Shown piece by piece: positions 44,529 through 54,441 of a stretch of 64,000 nucleotides of DNA (the first letter of the stretch is position 1; the number at the start of each line of letters is the position of its first letter). The notes under the pieces are model-generated. The model was not told where the DNA came from. It ran no database searches and worked only from the letters and a program-made list of their open reading frames with translations. Both the position numbers and the translations under genes were made by a program. The stretch spans positions 3,281 to 67,280 of the forward strand of contig JAIBAF010000013.1 in NCBI GenBank assembly GCA_019695335.1, given 5' to 3'. The stretch comes from a bacterium (GTDB lineage Bacteria; CLD3; SB21).

Positions 44529-45119
44529 GTGAGGATTGATGCGGTTGAGTTCATTGGAAGTTTCTACAAAATAGAACAGATTCCGGTTGACGATTTTCCG
44601 GAATTGCCGGTTTTCGGGCGATCCAATGTTGGAAAATCGTCGGTGATCAATTGCCTGACTTCCAGAAAGATTGCGCTAGTAAGTAAAACGCCCGGGAAAA
44701 CGCAGAGTCTGAATTATTACAAAATCAATGAGCGCTTTTATCTTGTCGACGTACCCGGATTCGGCTATGCGAAAGTAAAACAGAATCTGCGTGAATCGTG
44801 GAGGCGAGTCATTGAAGCTTGGTTAACCCACAGCGAGAAAATCCCGGCGGTCATTCAAATCGTCGACGCACGCCATGAAGCCCAAACGGCTGATTTACAA
44901 TTGGCTGAATGGCTTCATCACCATCGCCTGTCATTTATTGTAATTGCCAATAAAATCGATCAGATAAAGCGTCAGAATTTGACGGCAACGATACAAAAGT
45001 TTGAGAAAGTTTTCAGCACGACCGTTTATCCTTTTTCAGCTAAAACGGAATCCGGAAAAAAAGAATTACTTCAATGGTTATATACAATTGTTTATGAAAA
45101 CTACCATTCCTCTAATTGA
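44529..45119 (+). CDS. engB: Ribosome biogenesis GTPase EngB/YsxC
   Basis: GTG start. GRSNVGKSS, DVPGFGYA and NKID motifs. Confidence 0.85.
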   Translation: MRIDAVEFIGSFYKIEQIPVDDFPELPVFGRSNVGKSSVINCLTSRKIALVSKTPGKTQSLNYYKINERFYLVDVPGFGYAKVKQNLRESWRRVIEAWLTHSEKIPAVIQIVDARHEAQTADLQLAEWLHHHRLSFIVIANKIDQIKRQNLTATIQKFEKVFSTTVYPFSAKTESGKKELLQWLYTIVYENYHSSN

Positions 45120-45132
45120 ACCGGGAGGTTCT

Positions 45133-46536
45133 ATGTTCAAAGGATTCATTCTATTTTTCACACTATTAACGGCTACGGTCGTCGCCGGCAATAAAAATCA
45201 AAGTGAAGGCCGGCTAGCCTATTACGTGGATTATTCCTGTTTCAAATTATTGAATCAGAGCGATCAGACGTATGTCCAGCTTCATTTTTTTATGAACAGA
45301 AATACCCTGACCTTTGTTCCAAAAGATAACGACAGTACTTTAAAAGCCGGTTATGTCGTCACTGTTTTATTTACGGATATTAAAAATAACAGCAACCGCG
45401 TCGACCGCAATTGGAATACCGTTATTGACGATAAAATCACAGTACAAGATACGGCGAAAGAAGTACCGTTGATTTTTGAATATTATATGACGCTCAAACC
45501 CGGCAATTATACCATGCAGATACAAATCCGCGACATCAACGACACGTCGTCAATCGGCACTTATTCAGATATCATTGGCGTTCCGGATTATGATGATAAA
45601 GAGCTGACGTTGAGTCATATTGAATTGGCCAGCCAGATTATTAAGGGCGGCAATCCCGAGGAAATGTTCGTCAAAAACGGCATGACGATTTTTCCCAATC
45701 CTTCAAAATTTTTCGGAACCAATCTCCCAAGACTTTTTATTTATGCTGAATTGTATAATCTGGAAAATAAACCGAATGAACCGAATAATTCGTATACGGT
45801 CGAATATATTATCACGGATGAGGCCGGCAGCGTCGTCAAAGAATTTCCTGCAAAGACTTACAATAAGGTCGATCGTTCGGCGGTCATTTTACATTCGCTG
45901 AATATTATTTCGCTTGCAACAGGCCGGTATTATCTGATGGTGCGGGCAACCGATAACGCAACGAAGAAGATCACGCAGAGTAAAGAATTCTTCGTAGTAT
46001 TCCGCGAAGGTGAATCCCTTGCAGAACTTTCAGGTGAAGTTTCATTTTTTAGCGACCTGGATGAGCAAGGAGCCCAAAAAGCAGAACATATCATTTCGTA
46101 TATCGCCAACAAAGATGAAGTAAAGGCCTTTAAACAATTGGATCTGGAAGGCAAGAAAAACTTCCTCGACCGTTTCTGGAAAGAACGCGATCCGTCACCG
46201 GGAACGCGCACTAACGAAACGCTCATGGATTATTATAAACGTTATGAAGAAGCCAATCAGCGATTTGGTTCCCCCAACCGCCCCGGCTGGAAGTCAGACA
46301 TGGGAAGGGTGTACGTTACGTACGGCGTACCGGCGCAGATCGAAAAACACGAATTCGAATCCAACAGCGTGCCTTATCAGGTATGGTATTATTTACAACT
46401 CAAAGATCAACCTACTCAGACAATATTTATTTTTGCCGATCGTGATGGAACAGGGCAGAATTATTTGATCCATTCCAATGCGCGCGGTGAATATAATAAT
46501 CCTAATTGGCAGCAAGATATTCGAAAAGATTTTTAA
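45133..46536 (+). CDS. GWxTD domain-containing secreted protein (paralog 1)
   Basis: GGGAGG RBS at 45123-45128. Signal peptide MFKGFILFFTLLTATVVA. C-terminal FWKERDPSPGT...GWKSDMGRVYVTYGVP...PYQVWYY. Confidence 0.75.
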   Translation: MFKGFILFFTLLTATVVAGNKNQSEGRLAYYVDYSCFKLLNQSDQTYVQLHFFMNRNTLTFVPKDNDSTLKAGYVVTVLFTDIKNNSNRVDRNWNTVIDDKITVQDTAKEVPLIFEYYMTLKPGNYTMQIQIRDINDTSSIGTYSDIIGVPDYDDKELTLSHIELASQIIKGGNPEEMFVKNGMTIFPNPSKFFGTNLPRLFIYAELYNLENKPNEPNNSYTVEYIITDEAGSVVKEFPAKTYNKVDRSAVILHSLNIISLATGRYYLMVRATDNATKKITQSKEFFVVFREGESLAELSGEVSFFSDLDEQGAQKAEHIISYIANKDEVKAFKQLDLEGKKNFLDRFWKERDPSPGTRTNETLMDYYKRYEEANQRFGSPNRPGWKSDMGRVYVTYGVPAQIEKHEFESNSVPYQVWYYLQLKDQPTQTIFIFADRDGTGQNYLIHSNARGEYNNPNWQQDIRKDF

Positions 46537-46563
46537 TTCAACTTTATATTAAAAGAGGATGGA

Positions 46564-47868
46564 ATGCGTAACCGGATTTATATTGAAAATATTTTTCATC
46601 ATGAAATAGCGGATGGGACGGAAGTTACACTCAAAGGATGGCTGTACAATAAACGTTCCAGTGGCAAATTAGTATTCCTGTTATTACGCGACGGTACGGG
46701 CACTATTCAATGCACCGTTTACAAACCTACCGTCGGTGACGATATGTTCAGCTCGGCTGATAAAATTGCTCAGGAATCGTCTGTATCAATTACAGGTAAT
46801 ATCCATAAAGATGAGCGCGCACCCGGCGGTTATGAAATTCAGGTCAGTCGTGTCGAATTGATTCATCAGGCTGTGGATTATCCCATCACGCCTAAGGAAC
46901 ACGGACCCGAATTTCTGATGGATAATCGCCATTTGTGGCTGCGGTCTAAAAATCAACATGCGATTATGCGCATTCGCCATACGGTCATCAAAGCGATCCG
47001 TGATTTTTTTGACGGCCGTGGATTTACGTTGATTGATACGCCGATTTTTACACCGGCCGCATGCGAAGGCACGACAACTTTATTTGAGACCGAGTATTTT
47101 GAGAGCAAAGCCTATCTGGCTCAAAGCGGTCAATTGTATGCTGAAGCCGGCGCAATGGCATTAGGGAAAGTTTACTGTTTCGGCCCGACATTTCGTGCTG
47201 AAAAATCCAAAACCCGCCGCCATTTGACGGAATTCTGGATGGTTGAACCGGAAGTGGCGTTTAATGATTTGTATGATAATATGGAACTGGCTGAAGACTT
47301 TCTTGAATATATCGTACAAACGGTTTTACGAGAACGTGCGCAAGAGTTAAACATTCTGGAACGCGATACGTCTAAGCTTGTAAATGTCAAAGCGCCATTT
47401 CCCCGCGTGCATTATGAGGAAGCAGTCAAGATCATTCATGATTCCGGCCTGACGTTTGAATCAGGTAATGATTTTGGCGCACCGGATGAGGCTGCGATTT
47501 CGGCAAAATTTGACCGTCCTGTTATTGTTCACCATTATCCCGCAGCCGTCAAAGCATTCTATATGAAACGTGATCCGAACCAGCCCGATAAAGCTTTGGC
47601 TATGGACATTCTGGCTCCGGAAGGTTATGGAGAAATTGTCGGCGGCAGCCAGCGTGAAGATGATTACGATACCCTGCTTAAGCGTATTAAAGAACATCAT
47701 CTCCCACCTGAAGCTTTTGATTGGTATTTAGACCTTCGTCGGTACGGTTCAGTACCGCATGCCGGCTTTGGGCTCGGCGTTGAACGAACTATTACTTGGA
47801 TCTGCGGCATTCAGCATTTACGCGAAGCGATCGCATTCCCGCGGATGATTCATAGATTGAAACCTTAA
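46564..47868 (+). CDS. asnS: Asparagine--tRNA ligase
   Basis: OB-fold N-terminus. Class II motifs including [25 protein letters not shown] and GFGLGVERT. Confidence 0.85.
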   Translation: MRNRIYIENIFHHEIADGTEVTLKGWLYNKRSSGKLVFLLLRDGTGTIQCTVYKPTVGDDMFSSADKIAQESSVSITGNIHKDERAPGGYEIQVSRVELIHQAVDYPITPKEHGPEFLMDNRHLWLRSKNQHAIMRIRHTVIKAIRDFFDGRGFTLIDTPIFTPAACEGTTTLFETEYFESKAYLAQSGQLYAEAGAMALGKVYCFGPTFRAEKSKTRRHLTEFWMVEPEVAFNDLYDNMELAEDFLEYIVQTVLRERAQELNILERDTSKLVNVKAPFPRVHYEEAVKIIHDSGLTFESGNDFGAPDEAAISAKFDRPVIVHHYPAAVKAFYMKRDPNQPDKALAMDILAPEGYGEIVGGSQREDDYDTLLKRIKEHHLPPEAFDWYLDLRRYGSVPHAGFGLGVERTITWICGIQHLREAIAFPRMIHRLKP

Positions 47869-47886
47869 CAAATTGACAGGAGTTAC

Positions 47887-48924
47887 TTGATGAAATGGTT
47901 TGAAGCCAGGATAGTCATATTATTGGTTGTCGCCGCAATGTTTTATTCAGCTTGCGATGGCGATACAGTCACTATCAAATATATTGATCTGACAAATAGT
48001 CAATTGGACATTCTGTTTGTTTCCGAATCAGAAGGAAAGCAACAGATTTATGCCGTTCAGGACACCGCGTTAGATGCTATCTACAATATCAGTAGAGCTT
48101 ATGGTCAATGGGGAATTCTTGATCCCTCTTGGTCCACAGACGGACGGAAATTTGCATACACCGATCTAGTTGTTGTTACAAGTTCGTATACACCCTTCCA
48201 TACTAATATTTATATCCGTAATTTGGATATGGATTCATCGCGTTACGATTCATTAAATTTACGCCGGGTAACGACTGATCCCTACATAATAGATAGCAAT
48301 GGAATTGCCTATGGTACTTTAAACTTGAGACCGGATTGGAATTCCTCAATTCAAAAAATCGTTTTCATTTCAGATCGAATTAACAATAAATTTAATATCT
48401 TCAGCATTAACATCACGGATTCACTCACTGGGGATACAGGCTCTATTGCTCCATTAACAATAGAAGACGATAAAATAGATATTTATTGTTTTCCCTCTTA
48501 TTCCCCTGATGGCTCAAAAATAGTTTATAGTTCAAGAAAAGATGGCAGCGAAGAAATATGGAAAATGGATGCCGATGGTTCCAATAAAACTCAGCTTACA
48601 TTTAATAATTCATCTTTGAACAGGCGTCCCCGCTTTTCGCCGGACGGCAATCATATTTCGTTCTATTCAACATTGTGGAAAAATGGTATTGATAGTTTAC
48701 AAGTTTTTACGATGGATGCTAATGGGGGAAATTTAGATACCATTACATCGTTCGGTAATAATTACGATCCCGCGTGGTCGCCGGACGGCACGAAACTTAT
48801 TTATGCCAAACGAACTTCTTTATCAAAAAGTTACATTTATATTATCAATACTGATGGTAGCGGCGAAACCCGTCTGATCAGTGATAGACGGGCGTATTAT
48901 CCCGTATGGCGAATGAAGCCTTAG
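47887..48924 (+). CDS. TolB-like PD40 beta-propeller protein
   Basis: Repeated [WY]SPDG motifs (YSPDGSKIVYSS, FSPDGNHISF, WSPDGTKLIYA). N-terminal hydrophobic anchor with a Cys. Confidence 0.65.
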   Translation: MMKWFEARIVILLVVAAMFYSACDGDTVTIKYIDLTNSQLDILFVSESEGKQQIYAVQDTALDAIYNISRAYGQWGILDPSWSTDGRKFAYTDLVVVTSSYTPFHTNIYIRNLDMDSSRYDSLNLRRVTTDPYIIDSNGIAYGTLNLRPDWNSSIQKIVFISDRINNKFNIFSINITDSLTGDTGSIAPLTIEDDKIDIYCFPSYSPDGSKIVYSSRKDGSEEIWKMDADGSNKTQLTFNNSSLNRRPRFSPDGNHISFYSTLWKNGIDSLQVFTMDANGGNLDTITSFGNNYDPAWSPDGTKLIYAKRTSLSKSYIYIINTDGSGETRLISDRRAYYPVWRMKP

Positions 48925-49475
48925 CATTTATGCCAAGTCTTACGGAAAGCAAAAGTAAAAGCTTCAAAAAAGAAATGATCCGTATACTCGATCAATTCTT
49001 ACGCGGATACATTTCAGCTCAAGAACTCAAGAAATCGGCGGTTCCAATGCTAATGGTTTCTGCCAATAAAAAAGGACGGAAAAATTATATTGAAAAATAT
49101 TTGATGGATATAGCGGGAAAGCCCGATGCAGAATTAACCCGGAATTATATTTTTGGTATTCGCGAAAATATTGCCGGAGAACAAATCGTCTCGCCAAAGA
49201 ACCGTAAACTTCTTCTCAGACGCTCATTGAGGAAACTCATTGAGCGTTTGTTGTTTGATGAAATCGATAATGAATATTTTTTGTCAATGTTATTTGATCT
49301 AGCCGTTGATTTTCATGATCAGGTCAACACGGAACCTGAAATAAAATTTTTTATTGAAACCATTCATAATCAGACGCGGCAATCGGCGGCTTCTGCTTCC
49401 AAAAAAATAGAAGCCGTTATAGAATCGATCTCATCGTTTTATGAAAATTATTACAAAGGCCTGTGGGATGATTAA
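48906..49475 (+). CDS. Hypothetical helical protein (189 aa)
   Basis: ORF overlapping the upstream gene by 19 nt. The start is uncertain. No motif recognised. Confidence 0.4.
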   Translation: MANEALAFMPSLTESKSKSFKKEMIRILDQFLRGYISAQELKKSAVPMLMVSANKKGRKNYIEKYLMDIAGKPDAELTRNYIFGIRENIAGEQIVSPKNRKLLLRRSLRKLIERLLFDEIDNEYFLSMLFDLAVDFHDQVNTEPEIKFFIETIHNQTRQSAASASKKIEAVIESISSFYENYYKGLWDD

Positions 49476-51886
49476 TCTTCCGTTAGCTCTACGATTGTGA
49501 CCCCTGTATCCCCTTCCCCCCATTGTCCTAAACGGTAACTACGCACCCGGTGGTTTTTCTTCAGATATTCGGCTATTTTTTTTCGCAAAACGCCGCCACC
49601 CTTGCCATGAATCAACGCAATCTGACGAAATCCCATTACATGTGCGTCGGAAATATATTTATCCGCCTGATAAATAGCTTCTTCTGTTGTCATTCCTCTC
49701 AGATCAATTTCATTGCCAATATCTTCGGTATCCCAGCGAACATGCTCTCTCAATAACTCTTTTTTCTGTTTTTGCTCTTTGGACTTAACAAGCTGATTCA
49801 CTGTCGCTTTAATTTTTAAATTACCGATAGCAACCAATACATGTCCCGATTCATCAGCTTCCGCGATGATTGTTCCGTCCAAACCCATCGATTTAAGAAA
49901 CACCCGCTCATTCATTTTTCCTTCGGCCGGTACTTCAGATTCGTCAGGAAGATCCTTCAATCTTTCCAATTCATCCGATGTTTTTTGATTTTCATCTCCA
50001 ATGAGTTTTTTTGCGGTTTGGATTTCTTCTTTACCGGCTTGCGAAGCTTTGATTGACTGAATTGCAGCTTCAATCTTTTTATTCAGATTATCAATAAGTT
50101 CGCGTTTCTCCAAAAGCGCCTTTTGTTTAAGTTCTTTTTCACGTTTTTTCAGTTCACCGGCGCGTTGGTCATAAAATTTTGTCAGCCCTTCTAATCGGGT
50201 TTTTTCACGCTCAATATCCGACAGTTTTTGATCGTAGATACGGGTTTGGTGTTGCAGATCTTGAATAAGGTTTTCAAGACGCTGTGATTCACTGCCGGAA
50301 ATTACTTTGGCTTGTTCAATGACTTTGCTATCAAGTCCCATACGTGTGGAAATTTCAAACGCATAACTGCTTCCCGGAATACCGGCGCGAAAAACATACG
50401 TCGGCTGCAGTGTCGCCTGGTCAAATTCCATCGATCCGTTATGAATGCCTTCCGTATTGTGCGCAAACGCTTTAAGGGCGCCATGATGAGTCGTGATGAT
50501 TGAAATAGCTTTGCAACTGTTAAAACGTCCAAGTATAGCGATGGCCAGCGACGCGCCTTCCTTGGGATCCGTTCCACTGCCCATTTCGTCAATCAAAATC
50601 AATGTCCGTTCGTTGACGCGATCGACCATATTGGAAAGATTGCGAACGTGCGACGAGAAAGTCGAAAGATCATTTTCAATGGATTGTTCATCACCGATAT
50701 CGGCAAACACTTGATCGAAAACGCTCACGTGCGTTCCCGGTTCCACCGGAATCAAAAGACCTGCCTGTACCATTAAAACCAGAAGTCCGACGGTTTTGAG
50801 CGCGACCGTCTTTCCTCCTGCGTTCGGTCCCGATATGATCAATGTTCGGTAATCATCTCCGATACTAAGATTCAATGGAATGATGGGATGGCGTTCGCCA
50901 GGCAATTTATATTGTTCTTTGAGTAACAAAAGCGGGTGCAAAGCATTTTTAAAAACAATTTTCCCATCGACATTTAAATGCGGTTTGACACCGTTAATTT
51001 GGTTGGTGAACCGTGCTTTGACGTACAGAAATTCTATCTCCGCTAATACCGAACTGTCCGCTTGCAATTCTGAAAGCGACATTCGGATTTCATTGGTGAT
51101 CTCCGTCAGAATCCTCTCGATTTCATGCGTCTCTTCCAATCCAAGCTTGCGTAATTCGTTGTTCAATTCTAACGCTTCCGCAGGTTCGATAAACACCGTC
51201 TGACCGCTGGCTGAAGCATCGTGAATAAAACCTCGCACAGTATTTTTGTATTCATCTTTGACTGGAATCACCATTCTTCCGTCCCGCACAGTGACGATCT
51301 CATCCTGAGCATAACCTTCTTTGGTATACGTGCGCGCAAGGCTTTCTAATTTCTTTCGGAGTTGCAAAGTTTTTTGATCCAGATCGCGGCGGATTTGCCG
51401 TAACTTCGGACTCGCCGTGTCGCGGATAGCGCCCTGCTCATCAATTGTTCGCTGAATGCGCTCTTCAACGGCGGGATAACTGTGGAGTACGTCCGTTATT
51501 TTGAATAAAAGCGGATATTTTTCAATCCGGTTTTTGATATAACTTTTTATGCGCCGGGATGACGTAATGGTCAGTAAGAGCTGCAGCAGTTCTGCAGGAT
51601 TTAAGAATCGGCCTTCAACAGAAATTTTTTTAAGTAACGGACGAGCATCTTTGAGTTCATCAATCGGGAAAGTATCATCGTATTTTAAAATATCATGCAT
51701 CTCGACAAGTGTATCAAGCAAAGATTCTATCAAATCAAGTTTCGGATTGGGAAAAAGACTGTTTACTTTTTCCTCCGACATTGCTGTCAGAACAAATCGT
51801 GATAGATGCTCTTTGATTTTTTCAAATTCGAGCGTAGTAATGCTAAATTGTTTTTCCATTGGAGATCTATTGGGACTGTTTGTCAA
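49472..51886 (-). CDS. mutS2: Endonuclease MutS2 (MutS domain V plus Smr)
   Basis: Walker A GPNAGGKT, DEMGSGTDP, and a C-terminal Smr domain (IDLRGMTTEEA...HGKGGGVLRK). Confidence 0.9.
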   Translation of the reverse strand: MTNSPNRSPMEKQFSITTLEFEKIKEHLSRFVLTAMSEEKVNSLFPNPKLDLIESLLDTLVEMHDILKYDDTFPIDELKDARPLLKKISVEGRFLNPAELLQLLLTITSSRRIKSYIKNRIEKYPLLFKITDVLHSYPAVEERIQRTIDEQGAIRDTASPKLRQIRRDLDQKTLQLRKKLESLARTYTKEGYAQDEIVTVRDGRMVIPVKDEYKNTVRGFIHDASASGQTVFIEPAEALELNNELRKLGLEETHEIERILTEITNEIRMSLSELQADSSVLAEIEFLYVKARFTNQINGVKPHLNVDGKIVFKNALHPLLLLKEQYKLPGERHPIIPLNLSIGDDYRTLIISGPNAGGKTVALKTVGLLVLMVQAGLLIPVEPGTHVSVFDQVFADIGDEQSIENDLSTFSSHVRNLSNMVDRVNERTLILIDEMGSGTDPKEGASLAIAILGRFNSCKAISIITTHHGALKAFAHNTEGIHNGSMEFDQATLQPTYVFRAGIPGSSYAFEISTRMGLDSKVIEQAKVISGSESQRLENLIQDLQHQTRIYDQKLSDIEREKTRLEGLTKFYDQRAGELKKREKELKQKALLEKRELIDNLNKKIEAAIQSIKASQAGKEEIQTAKKLIGDENQKTSDELERLKDLPDESEVPAEGKMNERVFLKSMGLDGTIIAEADESGHVLVAIGNLKIKATVNQLVKSKEQKQKKELLREHVRWDTEDIGNEIDLRGMTTEEAIYQADKYISDAHVMGFRQIALIHGKGGGVLRKKIAEYLKKNHRVRSYRLGQWGEGDTGVTIVELTED

Positions 51887-53127
51887 TCCGTTGACAACGA
51901 CATCAACTTCAATAACTTTTCTTTATCCAGTACCACAACTTCTACTGTTTCACCCTCGTTGACATTATCCCGGCTTTCTGCCAAATCAATCAAACCGTCA
52001 GCATAGGATAGTGATGATAAAACGCCGGAACTTTGATTGCCTGTCAATTCGACTTCAAAGCCTTTTTCGCTCTTTGAAATTTTTGCTCTTAAAAAATGGC
52101 GTAATCCCGGTTTTTTGTTAATGCCGTGCTTGCATCGAGCGTGAATGATCAGCGGCGAATAATTCAGCCCCATCATCTTATACAATGCCGGAACGACATA
52201 CAATTCAAAACAAACTATTGAACTTACTGGATTACCCGGTAAACCAAAAAATAATTGACTGCCTTTGGTTCCAAAAACAAGCGGTTTACCCGGCTTTTGT
52301 CTGACTTTCCAAAATTTGATTTCGATACCAAGACGTTGAAACGTTTCGCGAACAAAATCATATTCGCCCATGGACACGCCGCCGGACGTGAGAATAACAT
52401 CGTATTCTATAGCTCGGGTCAATTGCCTCTCCGTATCTTCCGGCGTGTCACGAGCAATTCCAAGATCGAACGGAATAACGCCATGGTGCAACAACAACGA
52501 TTGCAAAGCAACGTTATTGCTGGAGCGGATTTTTCCAGAAGTTAAAGGTTCATCGACGCCAATCAATTCATTACCGGTTGATACAATCGCCACACGCGGC
52601 TTACGCCAAACCATTACTTCCTTCCGTCCAATCGACGCCAATACTCCGGTATCGTACGATTTAAGCCGTCGTCCTTTTTCAAAAACTAATTGGCCTTTCT
52701 GAATATCGTCACCGGCAAAACGGCAATGTTCATGTTTGGCTACCGACAAAAAAACTTTGACAGAACCACTATCAAGTTTTTCAGTATGTTCAACCATGAC
52801 AACGGCATCGGCGCCTGGCGGTAACGGCGCACCCGTCATGATTTGGACGGCCTCATTAGAACCGACCGTATGGTGAGATGTTGTCCCAGCCTGGACCTCA
52901 TCGATCACTTTCAAAATGACGGGCTGATCATGCGATGCATTTTGCACATCTTCCGAACGTACGGCATAACCATCCATAGCCGAATTATCAAATGGTGGAA
53001 TCGCTTCAGTGGATACGATGTCTTCAGCCAGTACGAATCCGGCTGCTTCTGCCGAAGCATGTTTAACCAGGCTTAAAACTGCAGCCGATTGAAGAATGAT
53101 GGATCGGGCTTCGTCGACGGAAATCAT
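51883..53127 (-). CDS. moeA: Molybdopterin molybdenumtransferase MoeA
   Basis: PPFDNSAMDGYAV, the MoCF domain (ILTSGGVSMGEYD) and LPGNPVS. Confidence 0.85.
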   Translation of the reverse strand: MISVDEARSIILQSAAVLSLVKHASAEAAGFVLAEDIVSTEAIPPFDNSAMDGYAVRSEDVQNASHDQPVILKVIDEVQAGTTSHHTVGSNEAVQIMTGAPLPPGADAVVMVEHTEKLDSGSVKVFLSVAKHEHCRFAGDDIQKGQLVFEKGRRLKSYDTGVLASIGRKEVMVWRKPRVAIVSTGNELIGVDEPLTSGKIRSSNNVALQSLLLHHGVIPFDLGIARDTPEDTERQLTRAIEYDVILTSGGVSMGEYDFVRETFQRLGIEIKFWKVRQKPGKPLVFGTKGSQLFFGLPGNPVSSIVCFELYVVPALYKMMGLNYSPLIIHARCKHGINKKPGLRHFLRAKISKSEKGFEVELTGNQSSGVLSSLSYADGLIDLAESRDNVNEGETVEVVVLDKEKLLKLMSLSTD

Positions 53128-53128
53128 C

Positions 53129-53497
53129 TTACTCTTTCATGTAATAAAAATCTGTAATCATAAATTTTGAAGCTACGGGCTCAACCGTTACGCATAACTG
53201 ACGTTCATATTCGGTTTCCAAAAAACGAATTTTGAAATAAAAATATTCCGCCTCGCCGATCATGGCGTGATCATATAATTGAAAGAAGATGTGTGAATTA
53301 AAATCTCGTGAATGGTTTCGGAAGTCTCGCTCTTGATCGATTTTATCGATCGCATGGCCGGTAGTCATTACCTTGAGATCATCATAGTGATCGGCTGAGT
53401 AATAGAATTCGACAAACTTCCTGGCCGTGGATTCGGCATCGGCCGACAAGGAACAGCCAACTTGCAGCATGAAAACAGGGAGAAAAAATAACCGCAT
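53129..53497 (-). CDS. Small lipoprotein, function unknown
   Basis: The internal start MRLFFLPVFMLQVGC (lipobox) forms a TAATG overlap with the era stop. The upstream extension in the ORF track would overlap era by 46 nt. Confidence 0.5.
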   Translation of the reverse strand: MRLFFLPVFMLQVGCSLSADAESTARKFVEFYYSADHYDDLKVMTTGHAIDKIDQERDFRNHSRDFNSHIFFQLYDHAMIGEAEYFYFKIRFLETEYERQLCVTVEPVASKFMITDFYYMKE

Positions 53498-54402
53498 TAC
53501 ATATAACCAAGGTCTTTGAGTGTCCGCCGGTCTTCGCGCCATTTTTCTTTTACTTTAACCCACAATTCAAGGAAAACCTTACGGCCCAGAAATTCCTCAA
53601 TCGCTGTGCGCGCTTCTTCACCAATTTTTTTAAGCGCCGCTCCTTTGGAACCTATTAAAATGGCTTTCTGCGAAGAACGCTCAACGTAAATGGTTGCGCG
53701 AATAAAATCTTTTTTCCGGTCGCGTTCTTTAAATTCTTCTATTATTACATCAGTTGAGTAAGGAATTTCCTGCGAATAGTGATAAAATATCTTTTCACGG
53801 ATAATCTCAGCAACAAAAAATTTTTCCGGCTGTTCAGTCAAAACATCTTCAGGATAGAACGCCGGGCCTTCAGGTAATTGCGGTACCAAGGCATGCACGA
53901 CTCGATCGGTTCCATCCGAATGCAAAGCTGAAACCGGAATAATCTCGGTAAATAAACCGGTAGAGTGAAACTTGGCAATCAATGGAAGCAATTGATCTTT
54001 GGCAATGCGATCGATCTTGTTAAGCACCAGTATAACCGGCAGTTTATTATCTTTCAACGTTTCAGAAAAAAGTTTTTGGATGAATTCCTCGCCGTCATTT
54101 TCAGTAACATCGATCATCACCAGTAATGCATCGGCGGATCCGATAGCATCGTCGGCAATACGCATCATAGCCGACTGCAATTCATACTTTGGAGTAATCA
54201 ACCCCGGCGTATCGAGAAAAATAATTTGAACGTTGTTTTGATTATGAATTCCGAGTACGCGCTGGCGCGTCGTTTGCGGCTTCGGCGATACGATCGACAA
54301 TTTAAAATGTAGGATGCTGTTCAGCAACGTCGACTTGCCAACGTTTGGCTTTCCGATGATCGCGACATACCCGCAACGAAAAGATGTTTGATTATCTGTC
54401 AC
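53497..54402 (-). CDS. era: GTPase Era
   Basis: GKPNVGKSTLLN, DTPG, NKID and a C-terminal KH domain. Confidence 0.9.
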   Translation of the reverse strand: MTDNQTSFRCGYVAIIGKPNVGKSTLLNSILHFKLSIVSPKPQTTRQRVLGIHNQNNVQIIFLDTPGLITPKYELQSAMMRIADDAIGSADALLVMIDVTENDGEEFIQKLFSETLKDNKLPVILVLNKIDRIAKDQLLPLIAKFHSTGLFTEIIPVSALHSDGTDRVVHALVPQLPEGPAFYPEDVLTEQPEKFFVAEIIREKIFYHYSQEIPYSTDVIIEEFKERDRKKDFIRATIYVERSSQKAILIGSKGAALKKIGEEARTAIEEFLGRKVFLELWVKVKEKWREDRRTLKDLGYM

Positions 54403-54441
54403 GCACGCTCATATTTCTGTATTAAGGATTGCAATAAAAAT

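Noticed and set aside
45001-45132. Upstream extensions of ORF-track starts (GWxTD gene from 45001, APC permease from 40998, lipoprotein from 53542, AlkP-like gene from 33802, propeller gene from 3650)
   Set aside because: The extensions overlap the preceding gene. The internal Met codons give proper signal peptides, RBS sequences or ATGA/TAATG coupling overlaps.
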